Assembly: GCA_964199315.1 (NCBI GenBank) | Contig: OZ116708.1 | Span: 2,108,001 to 2,172,000, forward strand | Length of the DNA stretch: 64,000 bases | From: Orbicella franksi | Lineage: Eukaryota | Direction of reading: 5' to 3' | In this document: positions 23,194 through 35,834 of the stretch, in pieces | Numbering within the stretch: position 1 is the first letter of the stretch | Layout of the letters: each line of letters opens with the position of its first letter | Notes under the pieces: generated by a model | What the model saw: the letters and a program-made list of their open reading frames with translations, nothing else | What the model was told of the DNA's origin: nothing | Database searches by the model: none | Made by a program: the position numbers and the translations under genes

Positions 23194-24558
23194 TTTATCA
23201 TATGACCCGTACGGCCCCACGCGCAATTTCCTTGGAAAACCATAAGAAAAAAGGTCCCGTATGAGGGCCGTACACGTCGAAGTGATAGGGCCGGAAAAAC
23301 ACGTACGGCCCTACTAGAAATGCGTACGGCCCTACTAGAAACTCGATGCGAGTTAGATGACAAAACAATTTTGTCGCTGCAAAATTTTGTTCTCTTCAAA
23401 ATGAGAGATGAAAGTGAACATTCTGAGAGCGAAGTTTACTCTCCAGGCGAACTGTCCGATGCAGAACTACTTCAGTCTCCAACTCACTTCGAAAGCACAG
23501 AAAGAAAGTCAACAGTCCTCACAACTGAAGAAGTTCACAACTTTCCCAGAAGCCAACAACATGCAACCAGGCGGTCAAGAAAACAACTTTTCCGGATAGA
23601 TTGTCCGATAATTAGCCTTCGGAATAAGCAAACAGTCGTGAGGCGAAACTTCTTTCAGTGGAAAGCATCAAAGAATTCACCGTGGGTGAAAAACAAGAAA
23701 ACCGGCAAGTCGCGAGGAAAACAAAGTACGATATCATTTTTTTTCTTCGAGTTTCCAGAGTTGGGAGAAGAGAATTCACAAACATACCTTGTGTACAGTA
23801 GGATAAATTGCTCTGCAGTTTCTACATCAGTGTTGTTTGAAGAGAAAAAACTGAGTACGAACACAAGTTCATTACCGTACAGTTCATCCAGAAAATAAAA
23901 CTCGCTTGAATTTCCACAACACAGCAAAGCCAGCAAAGTCAGCAAACCCAGGCACTGTTTGCGGGATCCCACATCGGTGTCATTAATATTCAGTTGCTGG
24001 TTCTTCCTTGTTCAAGAGAATCCAAGAGGTCGACAAATAGCTTGAAACGGCGTCGACATTTTCTTGAGTCTTCAGATGAAGAAGATTCGTGAACAATTTC
24101 AGTGAAGCGTGAAGCAAACTTTTGTCGCTCGCTAAGTTTTTGATGGTTTTGACATATTCTTGACAGCTTTATGTCAACTTTCTGTGGGCTTTTTAGCATG
24201 AATTGTAATTGTAGACTTACATTGAAAAAAATATATGAGAAAATGTGTCGTGTTTTTCGATGAATTGTGAGTTTCTTGTTCGACGCGAAGAAACAAGTGA
24301 CACTGAGATTTTATAGTAGAATCTTTTCTGTAGTTTTTCCGCGCACGGCCGTCTGATGTTATGTACTCGCGTCCTATTTAGGTTCAACCGTTAAGTGGTC
24401 ATATGATAAAATGCTTATTGACTGAGTAAGCTCGGGCCGGACAGGAAAATATTTATCGCTCGGTCAGGACGCACGGACCGAGCGCAGCGAGGTCCGTACG
24501 TCCTGACCTCGAGCCAAATACTTTCTCGTCCGCCCTCCCACTCAGTCAATAAGTACAT
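23194..24558. mobile_element. Probable non-autonomous DNA element with 14-bp inverted repeat and terminal ~150-bp hairpin
   Basis: TTTATCATATGACC (23194-23207) and GGTCATATGATAAA (24397-24410) are perfect inverted repeats. A 19-bp direct repeat occurs at 23302 and 23323. A palindrome spans 24411-24558. Confidence 0.5.
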
Positions 24559-24630
24559 ATTATTTATTTACTCTCGGATTTCAGAGAAGCTTATGCAGCT
24601 AATATCTCCAAGCATTTAACCATCAGATGA

Positions 24631-24795
24631 GAGATAGACCACCACACCGGGAACTACGTCCCCTATAGATGTCATTAGAAAGGAAGCAGTTTCTCCTCAA
24701 TTATTTAAAGACCCTGAGTGTTGGTCCGGCCGGGGGTTGAACCCGCGACCTCACGCACGCTAGTCCGGTGCTCTACCACTGAGCTAACCGGCGGT
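24631..24795 (-). mobile_element. tRNA-headed SINE (second family)
   Basis: Minus strand GGTTAGCTCAGTGGTAGAGCACC...GGGTTCAACCCCCGG (A and B boxes), continuing into a non-tRNA body CCAACACTCAGGGTCTTTAAATAATTGAGGAG. Confidence 0.75.
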
Positions 24796-25156
24796 AAAAT
24801 GATTGAAGTGAAGAACTACTTCAATCACTACTGAAGTAATGATTCAAGTAGGTAGATATCAGACAGATAATCTCCCTTGGGAAAATAGCTTATGCCTGTT
24901 TTGTAAATTGAATCAAGTAAAAAATGAAACTCATCTCTTGTTTCACTGTAGTACCCACTCTTTACAGAGGCAGGCATTCTTTAAAGAAATTAGTGAAATT
25001 AATAATACCTGACATTCAACGAGAATCAACATCAGGTATTGTAAAACTCCTCATGAACTCTAAAGACTATAATGTAAGCAGGCTGGTAATTAAGTATATC
25101 TCCTCATGCATGATTATACGTGATAAATTATTATCGAAAGGAGATGGTGTAACTTC

Positions 25157-25157
<1 letters not shown>

Positions 25158-25212
<55 letters not shown>

Positions 25213-25252
25213 CCTACTACTACTGCTGCTACTACTACTGCTGCTACTACTG

Positions 25253-25296
<44 letters not shown>

Positions 25297-25298
25297 GC
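25158..25298. repeat. (TAC/TGC)n trinucleotide microsatellite, 47 units, just 3' of the gene B stop codon
   Basis: Seen directly; it generates the spurious poly-Y/C and poly-S ORFs. Confidence 0.95.
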
Positions 25299-25301
25299 AT
25301 T

Positions 25302-28300
25302 CTAGGGAATGCATTTTACGTAGCCATGCACATCAAGGCAAACAGAATTACTTCTCTCGCGATTTAGTCGACCTGGACTGTAAGAGCCACACTGTTGTGA
25401 CTCACCAGCAGCAGGTTGCAGCATATTGGTATCGAGTGGACTCCTAAGTTCAGAAACAGGCGAGGAAGGCGTCTTGGCCAGCCTGTTCTTCAGAGGAGTA
25501 GTGGCATTTGTATTGTCTTCCGAATGTCTTCTGGGTGGTGCAGGAATTACTTGTGCTGATTTACCTTTCTCTTCAGGAATATCCAATGGCGGAGAATCGA
25601 ATGCCCTTCTGTTCTGATACTCAGGTGGCAATGGAGGTCCATTACACTCTCCCTTCTCCTCGAGATATGATGCCTGAATGCTCGTTGTTGGACTAGTGGC
25701 ACTTGCAGCTGCAACAGATTCCTTCCGGCGAGGAGGAGCGTCCGGTGGTTTCTCGACAGACCGGACTGTCGTCTCATTGTCATAGGGCGATGGCCCCTGA
25801 GCGGAAACTATCGGAGCTATTGAAGCCTGAGGTGGAGACTCTAACGAAACAGGTTCATCATAATGCACATCAGATCCGGCATTGTCGAGTCCCAGCTCTG
25901 GAAGAGGCTCTGGAGGACGTGTCCTGGTATCTGTGGGCTCCGCAGTAATGATGTCTTGCAAGGAGGTACTTTCGCTGCTGTTTGTTGGAGGGTCGCGGCA
26001 ATATTTTGTTACCTATATTGAAACAAATTGACAAAAACTCCAGCGTTAGAAAACCACTCATCCAAATCGGTTTCAACAGTAATCAAATCAAGCATCTAGT
26101 TTCAACGTAGTTTCCTCGGGGGTTACGGAGACACTTACAACTTTCACGGTAACAAAAAACTGACAGCATTATAAATTTCATCTTGGAGTTTATAGCGCTA
26201 TAAAAGAATAGTCCTAATTTGTTTTTTAACAAGAGATGGAGCTATGCTTACCAAGAACGTGGTTATCGCTATAACCGCCAGAAGAGCCGTACACCCAAAG
26301 GCAATTCCTGCAAGAGCTCCAGTCGACGTACCATGACCGCTGTCTTTCTGAACTGCGTTAACTTTGTCGTTAGTTCTTTCGTCCCTATGTGGATGAAGCG
26401 TTGTGTTCGAGGCCCTCATTGGACACTTTATATTTTCAGCTGAGGATAGTTTCAAAGAAACAAAAGTAATGAGCATGTGAGCTTGGAAAGAAATAACGGT
26501 ATAGGTAGAGTGTGAGAAAGATGGAAAGATGTTACTTGATGAGACAAGCTATTCGCAGAAAAAGGCAAGAATTGATGGATCATAATCCTAAAAGTGAGTG
26601 ACCGAGTGTGAGGTCAAGATGGCCGTATATTGGCCTTGTTTTCTTTTGCATGTAATAAAATACCTTCTCTTCCTCTAAAGCACACTTCTGAACTAGCACA
26701 GTAAGGCTTTTTTAATGGCACATCGTCTTTGTCGTTCTTACACCAATAGCAGCCAACGACGCCTTCACATGTTTGCGAACTGTTTCTTTCACTGCAGCGA
26801 GGATCAAAACATTTTTCTAATCCCGGGTTAGGATCTAGATCTTTGCATTTCATTTTAGGGACGGAAGAGCTGTGGTGACCAGTTTTCGCCTCTATCTCAG
26901 GCGCCGACCGTGGACAAATAGGAATGCTGAAAATAATGCAAAACAAAAGTAGGATTATGTAACACATTGTCTGACAAGCTTGAGCCACAGTAAAGCTTCG
27001 TACCTATTGATTATATGACACGACAGTCAAATCCCAATTTAAGGAGGCTATGTCACTATACAGACCTACCCTAGGCCAGCAAACGACTTTTTCCTCTCTC
27101 TTTCTCAAATAACTTTTTTAACGCACACATCGCTCGCACGTTACCGTGACCGTGGACAGAGATAGAAAAATCAAGAACGCGCTAAGAAATAATCAAATTC
27201 CAGGATTCGAAAAACTACCTTCTTGAAAAAAAATAAAGCTCTTTTGAGACGTTATTCCATTGCTGTCCATTTTAGATAAAGAAGGTGACGGAAATCATAG
27301 AAACGTCTAAATGTCAAATATTTCTAACCAGTGTCAAATGTAGTTTTAGTTTTTTAGCAAAGTAATTTTTTGATGTCAGGGTCCGCTTTTTGGTAATTTA
27401 ATGACATACGATATGCTGATTGATTATTTGGAATGCAGTGCTTTATTTCAACTACATTTTCCCGCTTTTACAAAATTACATTGGCAAACCTGCTATCGGG
27501 GAATTGATTAAGGCAATAACGAAAATCCATGGAGGAGGTGCAGGGGCATTCACACGTCAAGTTGAGGAAGGAACATTTTGTATCCAAAGAACAGGGGCAT
27601 GGCTCTGGAGTGCAGAAAAGCTCTCTGACCACGACTCCTGCGAATAAAGATTGATAAATGTCGATGAATTTATGGAATGGCTAGATGACTGACTGACCGA
27701 CCGATCAGTCGATCGATTGATAGATCGATAGATTGCCTGAGTCAGACAGGCAGTCAGTCTGAAAGACAGGCCATAGACAGACAATCATTGACAGTCAAAC
27801 AGACACTAAGATAGACAGACAACCAGCCAGCCAGGCAGAAAGTTAGACGAGCAGAACAACACCCATGCATTAATTGAGCAATCTTTTAAATGCTGTAAAA
27901 AACGGTTGAATTACGAACCTATATATGCGTTGGTTCCAATAATTTGCGCCATCTGGTATTTGGTGCATCTTGCACCACTTCTAAGAGTGTCCACTCCACC
28001 CGGTGGTAAGTGCACCTCGTAAAAGCTTTTCTTCCGAATCTCTTCTAGATCGCGGCATTCTCTTTTTATCAAGTATGTCTTCTTGATTAGATCTTCTGCG
28101 ATATATTTGTCTTTCTCAGTAATATGCACGTATTCTGCATCTGATGCTGCAGTTGATGAGAGCAAAAAGTCTTCGTGCATAATGAGGAAACCAGCACTGT
28201 CCATCACGAAACAAGAATATGTTTTTGTCCATTTACACTTTGGGTAAACCTTGGTGAGTAATCTGTGCAAATAATAGTATAAAATGATGATTTGCTATAA

Positions 28301-31300
28301 GCCATTTTTTTATTTTCTATTGTCAGCAAAAATGATGAGATTTGTCACATGTGAAAAACAACTTTTACCTGTGGAAATACGTCAGCGGAAAGTCAGCCGC
28401 CATTACTCCCAGAACCTCATCGTTTGTGTGGTGCATATGACTTGGTTCTCCGCGATACAACGCCCGCCCAGCGGTTATCACCACTCCAGCACCCCCAGAG
28501 TCCACGTATGGAGACGTAAGAGCAAGTAAACCCGTGTGGGCCAATGCTGTGCGATACCTAAAGACATTAAAAATTGAGAAATGATTTTGTTGCCACTGAA
28601 AATTCTGCCTAACAAATGTAATGCAAGATGGGTCATTAATGATCTTACCATAGCAGAAAAATACCAGAAGATTAATATTCATGTAACACACGTGATGCAT
28701 ATCTCTTACCAGGGTCTCTGCCTTGGATCGTAACCTTTGTCTTCCAAACTACCTGGAGTCCATCTAAGAACTCCATTTGATGTACCAATGTATCTCCAGA
28801 CCAAATATTGTGTGAGCTCCGTTTTGTCACGCAACCACAGATCTTCCACTTTCCATGTCGCAATCACCGTGTCCCGGATGTCACTCTTCAAACCTGGATT
28901 TGTTACTGTTCCCGTTTTGTCCTTCATGTAAGCAGTTAGAAGATCCACGTCGGCCTTCGTCTCTTTCTTACTTATGAACTCAAACGGGTCCATGTAGGCT
29001 CCTGGAGCAAACTTTACCACTGTAGTGTCTGGCAAAAATATGTAACAAAGAGGAATGGCTGTTACACTTCGAGAATATGGTGCTTTATCGTGGTCTCTTT
29101 ATCTCTTTTCTCACGGTGTTTTTCTGTCACCCATGGTATCTTTAAAAACGTTCTTGTACTGTTTGTACATTTTCCAACAGTCTGACTAACTTAAACGAGT
29201 CTCTGAGATCTAGAATTGTCACACAAGATAGTATCTTCTGATAAGATCTAGACAAAGTTGACGATTTTTCTCTTCTTGTTACCTGTCTGGTTGAGAAGCT
29301 TAGTTTATATTGAGCAGAGTTCAGGTGAAGATGTTCACCAATTTAACATTTTTGCAGGTTACTTTCTTCAGTGGTTATATGCAAAGGTTGTTTACCTTTA
29401 GCAGCATATGTTCCAAAGTGGGAGCATGGTTTCTCGGGATGAATTAAGTCGATTCGGTGGTATTTAAACGTATAGTCTGAAAAGGAACAATAAAGCCATC
29501 GCAACTTCAAGGATTTCGCTAAAAGGTAATGTGAATCAATATTTGGATCTGTATTCTGACAAGAACAATCCGAATAAAGGAGTGGTAGCTGCTTTCACTT
29601 GTTTTCACACCTGCCCGATTAGTGGGTGGCCAAATGCATGTTTCAATCTTTTGGTTGACTGATTTGTTGGGTCTATTTATCAATTAGATTAACGTCACAC
29701 TAGATTGTATTTGGTAGGTAGACAAAACGTTACAAAACGTAGCCAATTGATCTACATATATAGTCCAGAGGGGGGTCCTCGATAATATTGCCATACTTCT
29801 TCTTCATTTATAAAGCACACAACTAAATATAAAACAATGAACTGACACTGGCAGACATTAATTACAACATCAACGATACAGATAACGGCTCTTGAGGAAC
29901 CTACCAGGAGGAATAGTGAGGGAATTTAGTTGATCCTTAGCGTGTGAGACAGGTACGACTACACCAACGGAGAAATCAATTTCAGCCAATGGCGCCCAGA
30001 AATACGTGCAGTTCATTTCGATGACCGTTACTCCATCTTTTTCTTTTTCCCCTCGAGGCAGAAATCGCTTGGCAACAAATGTCTTCGAACCGGATTTTCC
30101 ACTGAGTGAAAGGAAAACAAAACAACAAATTGAAAAATTAGGTACTTTACTTCAAGGTGACGAAGAAAGGAAAAGAGAATGAGGTTTACCATGAGTTCCA
30201 TGTGGGAAGAAAGAGAAATATTTCGAGGAAGAATGACATAGATTAGTTACGAACAAAGAAACTTCACAATTTACATCCAAATTTGATATTCACAGCATAA
30301 TTAACTTAGCAATAATGTAATAAGAAGCAATAAAAGTGGACCTTTTCTCACCTGGATGAGTTTTAAATTGTAATGAAATTGGACTTACTACAAGAAGTAC
30401 TACTGTATTAAAATACCCAGCTTAAGCCCAGTCCATTGTAAATGTTACTTCATACTAACTTTTTAATCGAGTCAAAGACATCGGTGAATTCTGTCTCCGT
30501 TTCCAAGGTCCTTATGTCTATAAAAAACGGCTCCCCGTACGCATCAGTTGGAATTGGTAAGAGTGGATGTATTAAGGTCCTCCCAGAGTTGCTCACGACA
30601 AACGCATATGTAGTCTGGCCTTGATTAAAGAATGTGATGTCTGATAATAGGTCCTCAACGTGAATATCGGTACCAACTACACCGATAAAGTTTCCTTTAT
30701 GGAAACAAGGTAAAGTGATCGTGACCATAAGGCCTAAAAAAACAAAGAGATAGACTTTAAATTCAAACTGGTTATATTGTTAATTGGGATATACAAACAC
30801 TGTAATGCTTGTGCAGAAATCCGTAAAACGGCATGAAAAGCAAAATAATACAATCTAGTTAAAGAGAATGGTGACTGTATGGCTTTGTTTATTACATTTT
30901 CAAACGCCGGAACTTTACTTTGAAATGCCTAAATGTTCAAACCACGCTAGCTATCCTTTTAGCCACACAGTTCCTAGTGTCATATTAACCAATCGAGTGC
31001 ACCACACAGATCCGTATACAAGTGGTTTATAGTACCTGTGCCCAAAGCGTCAATATACGGGACAGACACAACCGGACTGAGCTGCTTTCCCAGAGCAAAT
31101 AAGTTGTAGTACGTTGCCATTACACTTCTTAGGGTTTTGATGTCTTCGAGAAAGGTATATCTTCCAGGCTGAAAATGTAAAATCAGAGTTCCAAAAAAAA
31201 TTACATAAATAAATACACGTTTTCAAGCCAAACTGTACGTAATCATTTTCAAAGGTAAATATTTTTGTATCCCTAATGACAGCCAATGTTTATCGATATT

Positions 31301-32151
31301 TCTCGTATGTACCACATTCCTTGGACACACAGTTCCTGTATTCTAACTAACTGCCTAGCTTATATTAAGATTGATTTAGAGCTAGTTTCGAGGTTCTTGC
31401 TGTAAATCTTTAAACAAAAAATCAAGAATAAGGCGAAAACGTTTTATTAGGTATTTGCATTATGAGGAGACATAAGATGCTGACTCCTCTCCTGGACTCA
31501 GCAGTTGACTCGAGTTTAAAACTTAATTAAGAACACAGTTATTGCATAATATGTGATATTGGAACAATGGTTATAATGTTGATATACAGAGGCAACCTTT
31601 TTAGGTGCTTTATTTTATTCTTTTGATCTTCTAATTTATCTTATCGCTGATTGTGTTGTATTTTTCTTTTTATTTCGATGTAAATATGATTAGAATTTGG
31701 CTTATAATTTTCATTTTCATTTTTTATTTGTGAATAGTTTTTATAAATAATTTTGTAAAGCGCTTGTGAATAGCGTCGCGCACAAATGGCGCCAAGACAA
31801 TTTAACCCACGGCGTGACTCAGACAAACAAACCATTTCATGCGCTGCTTCTTTGAAAGCGACGTATGGAGCACTTCAACGCAAAATTCACTGAGTAATTT
31901 CGCACTGCACGCTGATGGCCACTCTAGCTCAAAATGTCAGAGAAAACTCCCAACATGTACCTTGGAATAATAAAAGTACAGAGATTGAAGGAGGGCGGCA
32001 AAGTATGATGGTAAATAGGTCTAAATACAAAGGCTGTTCATGCGTCGTTACGTCATTATTAGATCTTAGTAGAAAAATTATTATCATATGATTGTACATT
32101 ATATATATATTATATATATATTATTATTACTACTACTATTATTATTATTAC

Positions 32152-32185
<34 letters not shown>

Positions 32186-35100
32186 GTTTTGCCAGGCAAG
32201 AGCGTCCCCATTATGTGAAATATTCTTTGAAACAAGATTATCACGGTTGAAAGGACAATTTAGTCAATCGAATTAATCCAGTCACGATTCACTGTAGAAA
32301 TGTTCAAAGCGTCGCCCAGTGTACTAGCTATCCTGCTACAACTAATGTCATCTCATACACCTTTAGCGCTAGCGGCATTTTCTACGACTAGGTTTGGCGG
32401 TTTGTTAGTAATCCTAATATTTCATTGCAATATCGACTTGATATCTTTTTTTATTACCGGGATGTCTCCAACGGAGGTATTTGCTGGTACACCATATTTT
32501 GCTGTGTTTTGCTTGGCGATGTCCTCCAGGATTGCCTGGTCTGCCTTGCCAAATCCATACGTTAGAATTATAACAGAGTTGTTAAGTTCAAAGTTTCTAT
32601 CTCTTATGGTCCTAAATATTAATTCCGTCTTCTCATCGGAAGGTGCCCCATCAGTCAGAAACAAAATGACTCTTTTCTTCTTTTCTCCCGATTCTTCAGA
32701 GATTGAGCGTTTCAGGAGACTGAAAGCTTTTTCAAATCCTATTCTGTANNNNNNNNNNNNNNNNNNNNNNNNNNNNNNNNNNNNNNNNNNNNNNNNNNNN
32801 NNNNNNNNNNNNNNNNNNNNNNNNNNNNNNNNNNNNNNNNNNNNNNNNNNNNNNNNNNNNNNNNNNNNNNNNNNNNNNNNNNNNNNNNNNNNNNNNNNNN
32901 NNNNNNNNNNNNNNNNNNNNNNNNNNNNNNNNNNNNNNNNNNNNNNNNNNNNNNNNNNNNNNNNNNNNNNNNNNNNNNNNNNNTATGAAATCACACCTTA
33001 AAGGGCTCTCCCAGTTTCATATAATGATTAGTGTTGTTCAGCTGCAGTAAACTTTTTCTTTATCTCTTACCATAAGGTATCAGCCCATCGACATAATTTT
33101 TCATGCATCTGATATTTGCAGGGATTGCCAGGGCTAACCGTTCACTGTAGCAGCGGCTTTTGCTTCCAACGTCTCCTGGAGTTGACGCACGATTGTTGAA
33201 TGACACGACCCCAACCTATAGAATTCCAACATATTTACATTTATTTGGTTTGTAAAATAAAGCTACTGTGTGTTCTACTATCAGATGGGAAGAAAGAAAT
33301 CCAAGACTAGGAAGAAGACTTCATGGCCTGGGGAAGTTTACTCAGACCTCTGGCTTGGGACACCCTCAGGTTAGGCAAGTAATACATTACTTTTTAATGA
33401 TAAGGGTCCGAAAATGGTGAATCAAACCCCTTATTTCCTTAAAAAGCATCGCACAGAAGGATTCTCCCTCCTTGATTGTGGTGTTCAGGCAATACAGTTG
33501 AGTCGTGTAGAGTTGTTTTTGGTTTGTTCTAGAGGCTTCGTTGCCCATTATTTCTTTGCCTCAAGCAGGAAAGCACAAATTTTCTCGAAAACTTTCTTTT
33601 TCCCCATAAATCGATCCAATTGACCATTCTTAGTCTCTAACGAGCAAAATTTGGCTCGTGAAGGAATTCATACGTTTTTGGTTAACACTTACTAATTACC
33701 ATGGCCAGAAATGCTTGACACGGGCTATTTTCCATCAGAGTCGACTCTCTTACTTCCAGCTTTATCCTAGATCACTCTTTTTCTACACTTTCTGTATCCA
33801 CATATCACCTACCTGGTCTCTTGGGTTCATGGTATCCAACACTGTTTTTGCCGCTTCTTTAGCGATGTACAGTTTTTCTCCACTCATGGATGCACTTATA
33901 TCAATAACAAGCACTACATCCTTGGCTTCAGGGGTGGCGGTTTCCACGTAGTACGGTCTGTAACGAGGATCGAACTTGTCACATTCCTCTTTGTCGTCAA
34001 ACACTGGATAGACTGTCGTGACACCCTCCTCTGATCCAAAATACTGCCACTTCATGAAGGGATAAGTTTCCAAGATGTCTTTCATTTCCTGAAAAACACC
34101 GTCATCTAAATAGACTGGGTTTGGAGAAGCGCTGCCAGAAATCTTCATGCAGACGTTGTCGAGATCCACCGCGCAGCGAAATCGTTCGCTGTACTTCAGC
34201 GTCGATTTGTTGATGTGACAGCATTCTGTTTGCGGCGCGGCTTTCTCGGACCTGGCGTACGAGTCCTCGACAGCTTTCTTAAGGCGTTTTGTAATCTCAA
34301 ATCTTGCCTTGAACTTGTCAGAGAGTTTCACTGCTAGATGTGGAGTGATCTCTTCTCCTTTGATTGTTGACTTATGGTACTGAAATCCATCAAAATAATT
34401 CTAAAAAATAAAAGAAAAACTCTTTGATCTTTTGTTATATAACTGACGATGAATGAGCGTGACTGGCCAGCCTACCTTAAATATTTTCTATATTTCTAGT
34501 AAGCGCTACAGACGTCACAGTTTGAATGCACAAGTTTAATCATGCGTAAAAACGAGTAAACAAAAGTGATCGTGGGTGTGTGATGTGTGTGTGATTCAAA
34601 AAACTGTGGCGACTCGAATTCTAGAATTTGTACTTCCGGGCTCACACAACAGTAAAGCAGCTAAGGAAAAAACGCGGTAGCAACCAGCAGATCGAACTTT
34701 CAGCGCTAACAAGCACTGGCCAAAAGTGAAAAACACAAAACTACGTATAATGAAGAACGCTTAAGTATTACAGAGTGGGTTGCATGATTTCCAGGGGTCA
34801 CGGAAAAACGTGACACCCAAAAGCAAACAAAAGTTCTAGTCGCTACATTTTCCTTTAATGGAAAGAATAGCAAATCATCTAGAGAGAGGGTATTCTGCAG
34901 CCAAAGTCAACTTTCGTTTCACATTTACATGAAGCAGAACCTTTAATAAGTAGTGTCAAGCAAAACAATGCAGGTAAAATTAACAAGGGTAGTGCTATGA
35001 CGTAAGGTTCTTCTATGTAAATTACCCGGAAACGTGTCGCAAAAAAAAAATCGTTAGTGTCTTATCATTTGCGTGTAACGTCAGTCAGTTTAAACAAGTA

Positions 35101-35834
35101 GAAATAACATCAAAGAAGCCTTCAATAATCTCCATTTTTCAATTTAAAACAGAAACTTAAGAGTAACTGTTTGAATCGGTCACGATTACCTCTCAACAAA
35201 CTCATTTCGCGACATTTCGTCTTTGAAATCGTATAACCGACCAAATATATTTAGTCTTGGGTGATGGAGTGAACAAGTATTGATGCGTATCATTACACTG
35301 ATCATATGCTTAAAATGAAATCAAACGTTTCAAAAAGAAGTTAGCCCTGAAAGATACATTCGATATAATATCTGCAGCAATTATTTAGTCTACTTTCAGG
35401 TAGAGGTCAATTTTATCTTTAACTGAAGTTTTTGTTTACGTTGGGCCTTCCTGTGCCAAACAAACGTAATTGCTTTCAAAGGAAATCTGACATCATGCCC
35501 CGGACCACAGGCACCACATCTTTATCTGTCCAGAAGGCTTCATACACCTAGCTAAGTTTATTCGCACCTTGAGTTGTGATAAAAAATCTCCTTATCTTCT
35601 TAACATGATACTGAAAAAAGTGACTTCTTCCGCCGATTCCGGAGGGGAACCTACCTGCATTTCATCCACTCCAAGGGCATCACGGGCAAACGTTTGCAGC
35701 TCTCTTCCCATAAGAGTGGGATCCAGGAGGTTTGCGTCAGCTTCGCTGGTGAATATGATGCAAAAAGAAAGAAAAAGTACGGCGGAAATTGCGTTTCCGG
35801 GCTGGTGATAGCTAGCAGCCATTTTCGCTTCCAT
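25302..35834 (-). CDS. CACHD1: Gene B: CACHD1/alpha2delta-like VWA-dCache membrane protein, ~1353 aa, 15 exons
   Basis: Exons 5'->3': 35834-35655, 34400-33813, 33215-33071, ~32759(acceptor in gap)-32458, 31168-31036, 30733-30460, 30101-29905, 29476-29396, 29028-28710, 28557-28369, 28262-27919, 27637-27490, 26926-26664, 26439-26252, 26012-25302. Intron phases match gene A. Motifs: DISAS, FLTDG, YDPRQRPWY, TM ALAGIAFGCTALLAVIAITTFL. An alternative ATG lies at 35822. Confidence 0.88.
32749..32983. other. Assembly gap (235 N) covering the acceptor and first ~11 nt of gene B exon 4
   Basis: Run of N. The exon resumes at YRIGFEKAF, matching GQTQYRLAFEKAF in gene C. Confidence 1.

Noticed and set aside
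23655-23972. ORF with a signal-peptide-like N-terminus (MGSRKQCLGLLTLLALLCC)
   Set aside because: It starts at GTG with no in-frame ATG seen, lies within a probable transposon remnant, and has no recognisable domain.
24700-24795. tRNA genes (also at ~8130-8216, 45985-46041 and 48181-48245)
   Set aside because: A and B boxes are present, but there is no proper acceptor stem or cloverleaf and each continues into a SINE body.
24924-25367. Poly-Tyr/Cys and poly-Ser ORFs
   Set aside because: These are translations of the (TAC/TGC)n microsatellite.
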